Assembly: GCA_016215325.1 (NCBI GenBank)
Contig: JACRJV010000026.1
Coordinates: 31,955-95,954 of the forward strand
Length of the DNA stretch: 64,000 nucleotides
Direction of reading: 5' to 3'
Source: Candidatus Uhrbacteria bacterium
GTDB lineage: Bacteria > Patescibacteriota > Patescibacteriia > JACRJV01
Each line of letters begins with the position of its first letter. Position 1 is the stretch's first letter. This document shows positions 10,501 through 19,750 of the stretch, piece after piece. The translations under genes and the position numbers were made by a program. A model generated the notes under the pieces. The model made no database searches, was not told the DNA's origin, and saw nothing but the letters and a program-made list of their open reading frames with translations.

Positions 10501-12396
10501 TCACGCGCGCTCGAGCAGCTTGGCAGTCGGGTAGACTCGGAAGAGTTCGTGCTCATCCGGTACGCCCTTGAGGGCCACCGCCCCCATGGCCTCCACTCGG
10601 ATGAGCCCGTCGCGCTTGAGCGCCTGCACGCGCGGGCCCTCTCGGACAGCCTGGGACACGACCACATGGTCACCCAGTTCAAGGTCGACCTTGCCCTCAA
10701 GCCGTGCGGCGAAGTTGACGATCGAATTCATGATGTCAAACTGCCGCACAATGCTCGAGCCCAAGAAAACCGACCCATAGTGGAGCCCGAACCGAGCACG
10801 GAATGGGAGACCGCTTGTGTGGATCTCGTGCTGGGCCTGGAGCCAAGCCAGCACGCCGTCGCTGCGACGCCGAAACAAGGCCATGATGCCGTCGCCGGTG
10901 GTCTTGAGCACTGCCCCGTGGTAGCTCTCGACCCACTTCTCGAGGATGAGCATCGCTCTTCGGACCGTGATCGCCGCCTGGACTTGGTCTTGTGCCAGCG
11001 CCCAGAATGTCGTGGATTTCTCCAAGTCGCAGAAACCCACAGCCCCTGAACCCATCGACAGTCCGGCCACAACTTCCCACGGAAGGCACTCGCTGGGGAA
11101 GTTGTAGCGGAATTCGCCGAGCATGACGAGGTCCAATGCCGAGACCATGTCTACCCGCCAGGCCTCTTGCTCGATCACGACTACGGCTTTCTTGCCGGTA
11201 TAATTGACCAAGCAGAGTGTTTGGCGTGGGTAGGCGATCGAATGCTCTAACTTCACCTGATCTCCACGATGGAGCACCACAGTGAATAGGTCGCCGGGGT
11301 CTGATCCTGCGACGACCTCGAACCGTGATTCGGCCGAACTGCCGAGTACCCGGATCCGGTACCACCCTGATTCCAGTGGCGACGAAAACCGACGCATGAT
11401 TCCGTCGCACGCCACGTCCGGATCCAGCTCGAGCTCGAGCTGGATGTGCTGCGAGTGCATAGGGCTGGACAGACAGTGTGTCGGCTGCTGGGATCTCCGG
11501 GGCTTTGCGATGTTCGGATTCGCTCCGGCGACCACTTCCAGTGTCTGATGGAGTGTGAGCGGGTAACGCGCCGCGCACGACTCGCAAGGAACAACCGGGT
11601 TGATGGCCTTGAACGTTGTCTTGGTCTCCTTCACCCCACGACAACTCTGACAGATGCTGTCGTAGTGGATAGTGACCAAATCGCGCGTTGCCATCAGCAC
11701 GAGCGCTTTGAGCACAGCGTGCCAATCCAAGCCCTGAGCTTGCGCCCGCTCGCGTGGCCGAATGGTTTCGTAGGTCTCGAGCCATTCAACAATTGTATCC
11801 CAGAGCTTCGGCTCGATCTTCTGTTGCTCGATCACAAGCGCTTGTCGGGCCGCGGCGATCTTCTTTGCAGCGCCCCACCGCAACTTGCGGTGCTTGGGTG
11901 GCGAGGGCCGGCTGTTGATCTGCCAGTCGTAGATCCAGAACTGGATCTTGAACCGCAAGAGCACCACGCGCAGAAGCAGCCACCCAACCAGCCACAACAG
12001 GACGTTGGGCTGGTGGCACTCAAGTTGGTACTTGAGCAAGCTCCTGCACTTGGGCCGATCGGCGTTGTAGGGAAACCCCGTTAACTGCATCCGGGCCGTG
12101 AACATCTTTGCCCAGAGGATCGGAATGAACCAGAACAAGTAGACTGTGAAATCCTCCCGTCGGAACAAGAAGTACTGCTCACTCACCCACTCGGCTTTGC
12201 GCTCGACCCACTCGACGCGCAAGAACCGGCCGATGATCTTCTGGACCACGAGCGGCTCGAAGCCGACCCCTCGCTCGATCTTCTGGATGCCGTTGTCCTG
12301 GTTGAACTGCTCAGTGTCGGCCGACTTTGGCCAGAACATCCCGACCGTGGACCACAGCCATACCTGGATGGATGCCGAGATTTTTGTCGTGGACAT
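10501..12396 (-). CDS. Class III adenylate/guanylate cyclase with DUF5939-like Cys4 domain
   Basis: FCDLEKST, LKTTGDGIMALF, FGLHYG, VNFAARLE, LKGV cyclase motifs; CQSC...CESC and CLSSP...HI in the mid-domain; SD AAGGAAGGA. Confidence 0.85.
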   Translation of the reverse strand: MSTTKISASIQVWLWSTVGMFWPKSADTEQFNQDNGIQKIERGVGFEPLVVQKIIGRFLRVEWVERKAEWVSEQYFLFRREDFTVYLFWFIPILWAKMFTARMQLTGFPYNADRPKCRSLLKYQLECHQPNVLLWLVGWLLLRVVLLRFKIQFWIYDWQINSRPSPPKHRKLRWGAAKKIAAARQALVIEQQKIEPKLWDTIVEWLETYETIRPRERAQAQGLDWHAVLKALVLMATRDLVTIHYDSICQSCRGVKETKTTFKAINPVVPCESCAARYPLTLHQTLEVVAGANPNIAKPRRSQQPTHCLSSPMHSQHIQLELELDPDVACDGIMRRFSSPLESGWYRIRVLGSSAESRFEVVAGSDPGDLFTVVLHRGDQVKLEHSIAYPRQTLCLVNYTGKKAVVVIEQEAWRVDMVSALDLVMLGEFRYNFPSECLPWEVVAGLSMGSGAVGFCDLEKSTTFWALAQDQVQAAITVRRAMLILEKWVESYHGAVLKTTGDGIMALFRRRSDGVLAWLQAQHEIHTSGLPFRARFGLHYGSVFLGSSIVRQFDIMNSIVNFAARLEGKVDLELGDHVVVSQAVREGPRVQALKRDGLIRVEAMGAVALKGVPDEHELFRVYPTAKLLERA

Positions 12397-12508
12397 CGTT
12401 GTCCTTCCTTCCCGCGGTCTCCCGCGAAATCGATGTGAACATTTCTAAAATCAAGGTGCTCAACGACACTCAGAAACCCCGCCGGCAATGCCGCCAGCGA
12501 AGCAAATG

Positions 12509-12538
12509 TTTATACCACAAAAATAACACCAGCGTCAA
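12509..12538 (-). promoter_or_regulatory. Sigma70-type promoter for the cyclase gene
   Basis: TTGACG (12538-12533), 18 bp, TG-extended TATAAA (12514-12509). Confidence 0.5.
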
Positions 12539-13236
12539 CCATTGCGCCACCCGAAGAGCGGATCCAGTCTGGCAAGAACGGCTTGATGGGTCTTGCGCGT
12601 TTGCGCTTGTGAATCCCCTGGGATCTTTACCTCTGCGTAGCGGTGCGTCCATCCATCGCCGACATAGTGGGAGAGCCGATCCCCTGCGCCCACAAAGAGG
12701 TTGATGCGGATGCCGGGGAATCGCGCTTCGATTGCCTGTACTTGCTCGGGTGTGGGAACGCTGGCAACAACCGCGTCTTCATGCTGGCGCAAGATAAAGC
12801 AAATACACACAGTGGGCCGCCCTTGTTTGCGAGCGATCCTGCGCACCGCTCGCTTGCCCACCGCGACCTCCAGTGCGGCATGGAATGGATGATGGCCGGT
12901 TACGGAATCAATCAAGTACATAAACTGCTGGCTCACCCGGCTGTTGATCTCAATAATCTTAATCAAACCCGTCGTGGGATTACACTTGAGTTCGACATCA
13001 AACAGCGTGTTGTCTAATCCCAGAGCTTGGACGAGTTTGCGCACAACGGTTTCGAGTTTACGCCGGAACGCTCGCTTGTGTTGGTAGTATGGATAATGGA
13101 AGCTTTCAAAACTGAGCGTGCCAGGGATAAACTCAGACCGTGTGATACCAAAAAAAAGAAACGTAGCCAGCAGCGACAAACCCATCCACAGTCACTTGAT
13201 CCGACGCCTCGATGTACTCTTCGGCCAATAAAATAT
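12535..13236 (-). pseudogene. ATP-grasp protein remnant, 5'-truncated and frameshifted
   Basis: LLAEEYIEASDQVTVDGFV in one frame continues as GITRSEFIPGTLSF...FDVEL...IIEINSR in another frame across an A8 run (13150-13157); N-terminal half absent. Confidence 0.75.
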
Positions 13237-13265
13237 TTTGGAATTCTTGGTATACTGATTCCTGT

Positions 13266-15071
13266 ATGCGATCGTTTATCCCCATCCGGGATTATCTGTT
13301 CATCGGCGACCTCTATTCGGCGGCCCTTGTTTCCAATACCGGATCCATCGACTGGCTTTGCTGGCCGAACTTCGACTCCCCGAGTCTGTTTGGGAAGCTG
13401 CTGGACAACGAACGTGGCGGCCGATTCGCCTTGGACCACCCGCAAGCGAACATCCAAACGCAGTACCTGGGCGATACGGCAGTGCTGGAACATATCGTGG
13501 ATGATCCAACGACCGGGTCGTTCCTTGTGCATGATTGTATGCTGCCGCAGCCCATCCAGCAATGCCCGAGCCACCTCCTTTGCCGCAACGTACAGACGCT
13601 CCATCAAGAGGCGCTCGTCCGTTTTGTCTTTGACCCACGACCAAACTTTGGGCAAGAGCATCCGGTTATGCAACAAGAACAGGACCGCCTTCGTTTTATG
13701 GATGGCCAAACGATGGTCGATCTCATCCTTCCCCCTATGGCAGAGGTGCGACAACAACCCAGTGGTTCATGGGGGATCACTCTGCCCTTGTCCGCACATC
13801 AACGATGCGCACTGGTCCTGGAATACCGTGATCACTCCCCATTTTCCTGCTATACCGGGCAAGATATCGAATCAGAAACAACAGAGTTTTGGCAGCAATG
13901 GGTGGCGCGCGGCCGTTACCCAACTTCGCGGCGCGCACAACTCGTCCGCAGCGCAATCACGCTCAAGCTCATGCAATATTACCCTACCGGCGCCCTTGTT
14001 GCCGCGCCCACCACGTCGTTGCCGGAATGTATCGGCGGGGGGCGGAATTGGGATTACCGCTATGTATGGATCCGTGATGCGACATCCACGATCTATGCAT
14101 TCTTAACGCTTGGGCATACCGAAGAAGCTAAACACTTCCTCCAATACATGGAGCGGGTCTTGCGTAAAGAACGAGATTGGAATCTGGATGTCATCTATAC
14201 GATTGAAGGGAACCGAGCACCCACAGAAAAAATCCTGGACCATTTGAGCGGATATCAGGATTCAGTCCCCGTGCGCGAAGGCAACGCCGCAACAGAACAA
14301 TTCCAACTCGATGTCTACGGCGCGCTCATTGACGCGATCTATTATTCGATTCGCAACGGCATTGAGCTCACCGATAATACGCGCTCCATGCTGTTGCGCC
14401 TGGCAGAACACATCCGCACGAAATGGCAACAACCGGACCATGGGTTCTGGGAAGCGCGCATCGGACCGCAACAGTATACCTACAGCAAGGTGATGTGCTG
14501 GGTAGGGATCGACCGCATCCTTCGACTCAACACGGAATTACAGTTAGACGCGAACCAGCAGGAGCAGTTCCATCAATTGCTCGAGACAATCCGACAATGG
14601 ATCTATACCCATTGTTTTGATGCACGCCGCAATATCTTCTATCAATTCGCCGGGGCACTTCACCATGATGCAACAACCATCTTGTTTGTCCTGCTGCAAT
14701 TCCTGGACCGATCGGATCCGCTGACGCGGTCCACAATCGAAGCCACTCGCAACGAACTAACATCCAACAATATTCTGCTGTATCGCTACCATGCTGATGA
14801 CGGAATAGAGGGCAACGAAGGGGTATTTTTGCTGCCCACGTTTTGGTTGATTTCGGCGCTATGCGTGTTGGGCGATACCGACCAAGCCGAGGCGCTCTTG
14901 CGATGGTTTGAAGGGATATTACCCGCGTCTGGCCTTATGGCAGAAGAAATGGAACCCACCACACAGGAATACCTCGGCAACTTCCCGCAGGCCTTCTCCC
15001 ATATCGGGTACATCATGGCGGCATCGTATATCCAGCGGTACCGGAATCGCGCCTCATCCCCTGACCGTTAA
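13266..15071 (+). CDS. Glycoside hydrolase family 15 (glucoamylase/trehalase-like)
   Basis: GSIDWLCWPNFDSPS, AAPTTSLPE, RNWDYRYVWIRDA, QLDVYG, GFWEAR, LGNFPQAFSH. Confidence 0.93.
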   Translation: MRSFIPIRDYLFIGDLYSAALVSNTGSIDWLCWPNFDSPSLFGKLLDNERGGRFALDHPQANIQTQYLGDTAVLEHIVDDPTTGSFLVHDCMLPQPIQQCPSHLLCRNVQTLHQEALVRFVFDPRPNFGQEHPVMQQEQDRLRFMDGQTMVDLILPPMAEVRQQPSGSWGITLPLSAHQRCALVLEYRDHSPFSCYTGQDIESETTEFWQQWVARGRYPTSRRAQLVRSAITLKLMQYYPTGALVAAPTTSLPECIGGGRNWDYRYVWIRDATSTIYAFLTLGHTEEAKHFLQYMERVLRKERDWNLDVIYTIEGNRAPTEKILDHLSGYQDSVPVREGNAATEQFQLDVYGALIDAIYYSIRNGIELTDNTRSMLLRLAEHIRTKWQQPDHGFWEARIGPQQYTYSKVMCWVGIDRILRLNTELQLDANQQEQFHQLLETIRQWIYTHCFDARRNIFYQFAGALHHDATTILFVLLQFLDRSDPLTRSTIEATRNELTSNNILLYRYHADDGIEGNEGVFLLPTFWLISALCVLGDTDQAEALLRWFEGILPASGLMAEEMEPTTQEYLGNFPQAFSHIGYIMAASYIQRYRNRASSPDR

Positions 15072-15787
15072 AATGCCAAATAGTCTTTCCAGCGCCGGTA
15101 CAATTCTCGGGTTGCTACAAGATCGCGCGTATTGTATCGGGCAATATCCAGATAGCGCCCTTGCTGAAAAAGTCGCTTCACATCATTGCCGGTGATCCCC
15201 TCTTCTTTCGGGCTGGCAATCCCGAACGCCCGACACCACAGGTGGAGGTTTGACTTGCGCCGCACGGCACCATTGAAGGTAAGCTGTTCTAAGAGATCCA
15301 CATGACGCGCGCCGGATTTTTGGCTAGAAAGGTAGCGATTGTTCATAAAATCCTTGCTCACCCGCACTCCATGGATTGCGGAACGGATCATAAGGAAAGG
15401 CAGATCAAAACACCGGCCATTGAATGTGACGATTTCTTGGTATTGGAGCACGCCTTTCCAGAACAACGCGAGCATATCTTTCTCGCTCATGCACTTAAAG
15501 GTGAATTTCCCCTCGACAAACTCCTCCTGCCCCCCGGCATCGCCCAGCGGCGCTTGATAGTAAACAACGCCATGATCCTTGGCATCGTCCATTACCCCAA
15601 TCGCCACAATCTGGCCAGTGACGGACGAAAACCCCAGGCCATCCTTAAGCATCTGCAATTCTTTTTGTTGACGTTCGGGCGGGAACCCTTCTTCCTCGAT
15701 CCAGCGCGTGAGCATCGCCTGCGACGTCGAATCCATCGCATCAAAATCCTCCCCCACAGTTTCGATGTCGATGATGAGAGCAGACAT
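15068..15787 (-). CDS. PolB-like 3'-5' exonuclease (RNase H-like fold)
   Basis: IIDIET, VTFNGRCFDLPFL, HVDL, YNTRDLVAT (DEDD-type motifs). Confidence 0.85.
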   Translation of the reverse strand: MSALIIDIETVGEDFDAMDSTSQAMLTRWIEEEGFPPERQQKELQMLKDGLGFSSVTGQIVAIGVMDDAKDHGVVYYQAPLGDAGGQEEFVEGKFTFKCMSEKDMLALFWKGVLQYQEIVTFNGRCFDLPFLMIRSAIHGVRVSKDFMNNRYLSSQKSGARHVDLLEQLTFNGAVRRKSNLHLWCRAFGIASPKEEGITGNDVKRLFQQGRYLDIARYNTRDLVATRELYRRWKDYLAF

Positions 15788-15812
15788 ATGGTTGAGCTTT
15801 TTTATAGGTGAT

Positions 15813-16313
15813 TCAATAATTTAATACCCAAATAGCGGAATTGAGGTACATCGCGAAGCTCACCCAAAGAATATACGGCACGAGGAGTAATGCTGCTGGC
15901 TTTGAGATGTTGTAGAAAAAGATGATCGTTGCAAGGATGGCAACCCAGAGGAACACAATCTCGATCAAGGCGCCGCCGGGGCTGCGCAGACCAAAGAATA
16001 TAATGGACCAAAGGGAATTCAAGATCAGCTGTACAAAAAAGACCGTGATACTAATTTTCCGCCAACGCAACATGCCAATATACTCCAGTTTGTTGGTATG
16101 TTGGTTCCAGACGAAAAAGAACGCGCCCCCAATCAATGCGTAAAGTGTAATCCACACTGGACCAAACACCCACGCGGGAGGGTTAAGGGCCGGCTTCATG
16201 AGCGCCGCATACCATCCGGTAATGGACGGCGTCGTAAAGACCGAGCCAATAATCCCGGCCAACTCTGAAACGCCAATGGATATAATGAGCTTGGATGTAG
16301 TGCTAATCTTCAT
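15813..16313 (-). CDS. tspO: TspO/MBR tryptophan-rich sensory protein
   Basis: WYAALMKPALNPPAWVFGPVW, LNSLWSIIFF, LLVPYILWVSFA; loop carries an in-frame palindrome. Confidence 0.92.
   Translation of the reverse strand: MKISTTSKLIISIGVSELAGIIGSVFTTPSITGWYAALMKPALNPPAWVFGPVWITLYALIGGAFFFVWNQHTNKLEYIGMLRWRKISITVFFVQLILNSLWSIIFFGLRSPGGALIEIVFLWVAILATIIFFYNISKPAALLLVPYILWVSFAMYLNSAIWVLNY
16068..16103 (+). repeat. 36-bp imperfect palindrome, copy A (in-frame within tspO)
   Basis: caacatgccaatata-ctccag-tttgttggtatgttg. Confidence 0.8.
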
Positions 16314-16337
16314 ATCTCTATTTTTCAACGCGGAAAA

Positions 16338-16892
16338 TTATTTCCCCTTCTTGGTATGCCCGAGAATAGCGGCGAGCCAACGATCGGACCACCTCCAGTG
16401 ACGCGCCGAATCTAAGAATAGCATAGCGGCGAAACCGTATCCAACCGTACTCCCAAAGCGTTCGACGATAAAATCTAAAACCCCAGATATGGGGATGAGT
16501 CGAAACAACACATAGAACGCTACGACGATAAAATACAACCACACACCACTAACAACATAAAAAAATCCTTTCAATAACGAAACGCCGATATGGTTCCACA
16601 ACCATACGAAGGATGTCTCTATGGTGGTGGATAGTCTCGGAGTAGTACCGCGCCATCGCTCTACCAGTGTTGCCGGTATGAAGAATAGAGCAAAAATCAG
16701 TAATGCGCCTTGAATACCCCAATACAACAAAAAGAACGACCGCGCGACAGACTCCGCTGTATGAGGGACACCCAACCAGCCCAATACCATTAAATCAACG
16801 TCAACCGGGGGAATAAAAGCTCGCGCGATGAGTAAAAACGCAACGCAATGAAGTATCCAGTAACGAAGGGCGAGCATACGGGATAATGACAA
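16338..16892 (-). CDS. Hypothetical membrane protein
   Basis: About 4 hydrophobic helices; start uncertain. Confidence 0.6.
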   Translation of the reverse strand: MSLSRMLALRYWILHCVAFLLIARAFIPPVDVDLMVLGWLGVPHTAESVARSFFLLYWGIQGALLIFALFFIPATLVERWRGTTPRLSTTIETSFVWLWNHIGVSLLKGFFYVVSGVWLYFIVVAFYVLFRLIPISGVLDFIVERFGSTVGYGFAAMLFLDSARHWRWSDRWLAAILGHTKKGK

Positions 16893-16973
16893 ACAATTGA
16901 TATATGCTGATCCACGTGAGTTGGATTTCCATCAGGATCCACCACAATTACATAGTATTTCAACTACTGAAGC

Positions 16974-16997
16974 ACCAACAAACTGGAGTGTGTTGGT
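16974..16997 (-). repeat. 36-bp palindrome family, copy C (core only, inverted, downstream of wHTH gene)
   Basis: Minus strand reads accaacaca-ctccag-tttgttggt; outer arms degenerate. Confidence 0.75.
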
Positions 16998-17015
16998 ATA
17001 TTTTTTGGGATAGCA

Positions 17016-17294
17016 TTAACCGAAGGTTTTTAAGAACTTCACGCATTGCCTGCCATAGGGTGAAAGTACGTGCTGGACGCTCCGGCCTTTATACTTCTTG
17101 TCGACCAGTCCTGCGCGATGCAATCGCCGAGCATGCTCGCCGATGGTTTTTTCATTAGCGCCCAGCTCGTCAACAATGTGTTCCAGTGTTATGCCACTAT
17201 TTCTATCAATACACAAAAGAATTTCGATCCGCCAATGATTCGCGATTCCCTTCAGGTGGCGTTCCAATTGTTGAGCGGTTTTTGGCTTCGGCAT
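17016..17294 (-). CDS. Winged helix-turn-helix (ArsR-like) DNA-binding protein
   Basis: ANHWRIEILL...TLEHIVDELGANEKTIGEHARRLHRAGLV...GRSVQHVLS pattern. Confidence 0.85.
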   Translation of the reverse strand: MPKPKTAQQLERHLKGIANHWRIEILLCIDRNSGITLEHIVDELGANEKTIGEHARRLHRAGLVDKKYKGRSVQHVLSPYGRQCVKFLKTFG

Positions 17295-17340
17295 AGCGGA
17301 CTATATAAGCGGCCAAAATCATCGTACTCTTATCCTACCA

Positions 17341-17376
17341 CAACATACCAACATACTCCAGTTTATTGGCAAGTTG
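17341..17376 (+). repeat. 36-bp palindrome family, copy B (upstream of wHTH gene)
   Basis: caacataccaacata-ctccag-tttattggcaagttg; 31/36 identical to copy A. Confidence 0.8.
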
Positions 17377-17405
17377 AGTAGGGTCTGAAATGAACCAATT
17401 ATTTG

Positions 17406-17525
17406 GATTTGAATGAGATTTCCGCCGGTATTGTCAGAACGAGCTATGATTACATTCTCCACTACCTTTGTCGGCTCCACGATGAATTTTACACCCAGCG
17501 CTTTGAGCCGTTCATACTCTACTAC
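17406..17525 (-). pseudogene. VOC/glyoxalase C-terminal fragment
   Basis: Translates EYERLKALGVKFIVEPTKVVENVIIARSDNTGGNLIQI; no start codon between it and the upstream gene stop. Confidence 0.65.
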
Positions 17526-17571
17526 CTGCTCCTTGCGACAAATAATCGATCCCGTCTCCGTTGCCCCCTTC

Positions 17572-18249
17572 TTACGGTGACGAAGAAATGGCGTACCCCA
17601 AAATTACGGCAATAATTATTCCGGCAATGACAAACGTCCAAAAATCATTGGACGCTGTATTGAGTTTTTTGAGAGAAAGCTGCTTAAGATTGGCGGTGAT
17701 CACCCGACCGACCGCATCCTCAACTTCCGGCTCTGCTACCACAATAATAGACCGTAACGCCGGCAAATAGGTCCAATATCCCCACGGCTTAACGAGCTGA
17801 TAGATCGTGCCAAACACCGCTCGGGACTTCGCCATCGCAGATTCCATTTGATGAGGGGCAACGAATGTTCTTCCCCGCCCAAAACTGGCGGGAACCTCGG
17901 CGGCCACCTGCTGTGTGATCAGATATCCGGCAAAATCGCTCCAACCGTATTTCTTTGTCGAGGTACGGCGGACGACGGTAATTCCTTGTTCTGTGAGAAT
18001 ATAGCGATGCGGTAACGTAGAGTAATCCCAAAGAATATACAACAGGATGAGAACTTGGATGCCAAAAAGCGCTACGCCTCCCGCGTACACGGCCGTCCAT
18101 CCCCCTTGTATCGATAAGAGCAGCAATCCACCCATGTTAGCGGCAACAATAATCGGCATCATCACCGGCAAATACTGACGATACCGATCCCGCCATTCTG
18201 CCTTAGTAATTTCCCACTCAATAATCGGTGGAGGAGTTTTCATACTCAT
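17572..18249 (-). CDS. Hypothetical membrane protein (2 TM, PH-like beta domain, C-terminal TM)
   Basis: RYILTEQGITV...YGWSDF pattern after two TM helices. Confidence 0.65.
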   Translation of the reverse strand: MSMKTPPPIIEWEITKAEWRDRYRQYLPVMMPIIVAANMGGLLLLSIQGGWTAVYAGGVALFGIQVLILLYILWDYSTLPHRYILTEQGITVVRRTSTKKYGWSDFAGYLITQQVAAEVPASFGRGRTFVAPHQMESAMAKSRAVFGTIYQLVKPWGYWTYLPALRSIIVVAEPEVEDAVGRVITANLKQLSLKKLNTASNDFWTFVIAGIIIAVILGYAISSSP

Positions 18250-18256
18250 AGAGCTT

Positions 18257-18311
18257 ACGCATTTGGGTCTGGTTATATACCCTGGCTTTTCCAGGGATGA
18301 CCCAAATGCGT
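18257..18311. repeat. Long intergenic hairpin
   Basis: ACGCATTTGGGTC (18257-18269)/GACCCAAATGCGT (18299-18311) enclosing CCCTGG/CCAGGG. Confidence 0.7.
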
Positions 18312-18325
18312 GAATCCTAACAATG

Positions 18326-18949
18326 TTAGATTTCTAGGTTGGTCTGTTTAAGGCGAACACCGGCTGGTTTGGAAAACAATATAGTATGGATTTCCATAAC
18401 TGCAAGGGTGACGAAATACAGCGCCCCCCATACCAGCACGGATTGCGGGCCACCCACCCACTGGGGCGTACTGTTATCGGGAGGAAACGGAAACAGTAGC
18501 GCCCAAAGCCAAGCGGTGAAGACCATACAGAAAAACGTCCAGCCAATAAACGGAATGATCGTGATCATCGTCTTCCGATAGTCTTTCTCCGACACTTTGG
18601 TGCTCGCAAATTTAGAAAAAAGGCTTAAGAAAAAATAGAGAAAAAGCCAGCGATCATGGAATACCACACTAAACGCAAGCGCAAAGATGCTGTAAAATCC
18701 AATAAGCGCAATCCCCTTCCATTGCCTGCGGAACTCACCACCCGGATGAAAGAAAAACCCACTGGAATGAATAGAAAAAAACTCGAAGAAATAGAGCGCG
18801 CCGGCAGTTTTCTGGATAAACAACGCGTGGTCAGATGGCCAAAGTAAGGCAGAAGCATAGGCCCATGAGAGCACGAGATAGCCGCCAAAGGCGGTGAAGG
18901 CAGAGAGCGTACGAGACGCGGCGGACAATGGCGAGGAGTCGGGATGCAT
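18326..18949 (-). CDS. Hypothetical polytopic membrane protein
   Basis: About 6 TM; FFEFFSIHSSGFF and WGALYF segments. Confidence 0.7.
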   Translation of the reverse strand: MHPDSSPLSAASRTLSAFTAFGGYLVLSWAYASALLWPSDHALFIQKTAGALYFFEFFSIHSSGFFFHPGGEFRRQWKGIALIGFYSIFALAFSVVFHDRWLFLYFFLSLFSKFASTKVSEKDYRKTMITIIPFIGWTFFCMVFTAWLWALLFPFPPDNSTPQWVGGPQSVLVWGALYFVTLAVMEIHTILFSKPAGVRLKQTNLEI

Positions 18950-18972
18950 ACTGCAGACCCACAGAGAGCGCA

Positions 18973-19737
18973 TTATTGTAAAAACGGCTGGATCGCTTCC
19001 ATGCCCGCTTTGCGGTAATTACAAAAGTCGCAATCCGGATTGTTTTTTGGTAAGACGCTCCCCATGAGGCACGCATGGATGTCACGGATCGTTGGTTCGA
19101 CCCAATCATCGCTGCCCTCATAGGCAATGAGCTTGACGTCAAATTCGAGCCGACCATCAAATGCTTCCTTGTCGCGATTGCCGTTGCAATAGACAAAGTA
19201 TCCAATGTTGGAAACGGTAAAACCGTTTTGGCGGAAGAGCCACTGGTATACCTCCATTTGCCGCTTATAACCATCCTGCCACTGGGCGTCGAGGGTAATT
19301 TCGCCCGACTTACTGGTGGCTTTGTAATCGACGATAATAAGCTCCCTCCTGGGATTAACCCACACGTCGTCGACTCCGCCGGTAACGAAGAGATTGGTTG
19401 GAATATGGAGGAACTGGATCCCCCGCTTGAGCGAGTCGCGCCATTCGTCCATTTTTTCGTGCTTGAACGGGACTGCATCTAAGCCATAGGCCTTCATGAG
19501 TGGATGCGGCTGGCCCTTGGCACGGTGCGCGTCAAATTCTTTTTTAAGCAGTGCATCCACTGCCGAGTTTAGATTAAAAGGATACCCAGGCGGGCGTTCT
19601 ACCCCGAGGCGGCGATCCAAATAGAAACAGCGGGGGCAAGAGACAAACAAATCGATCTTGCTGCGGCTCACCCGAAACGGCTGCGTGCTCTTGGGATCAA
19701 ACACGCTGCGTCGTTTGACAGTATAGTATTGGCTCAT
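18973..19737 (-). CDS. PD-(D/E)XK nuclease (RecB/Cas4-like, Cys-ligated cluster)
   Basis: SRSKIDLF, CPRCFY, GGVDDVW, IVDYKAT, QMEVYQW, CDFC. Confidence 0.88.
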   Translation of the reverse strand: MSQYYTVKRRSVFDPKSTQPFRVSRSKIDLFVSCPRCFYLDRRLGVERPPGYPFNLNSAVDALLKKEFDAHRAKGQPHPLMKAYGLDAVPFKHEKMDEWRDSLKRGIQFLHIPTNLFVTGGVDDVWVNPRRELIIVDYKATSKSGEITLDAQWQDGYKRQMEVYQWLFRQNGFTVSNIGYFVYCNGNRDKEAFDGRLEFDVKLIAYEGSDDWVEPTIRDIHACLMGSVLPKNNPDCDFCNYRKAGMEAIQPFLQ

Positions 19738-19750
19738 AATACCCTACACA

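Noticed and set aside
10736-14106. Long alternative-frame ORFs (10736-11785, 13027-14106, 13014-13757; also 5909-6880)
   Set aside because: They are shadow frames over well-supported genes and have no recognisable motifs.
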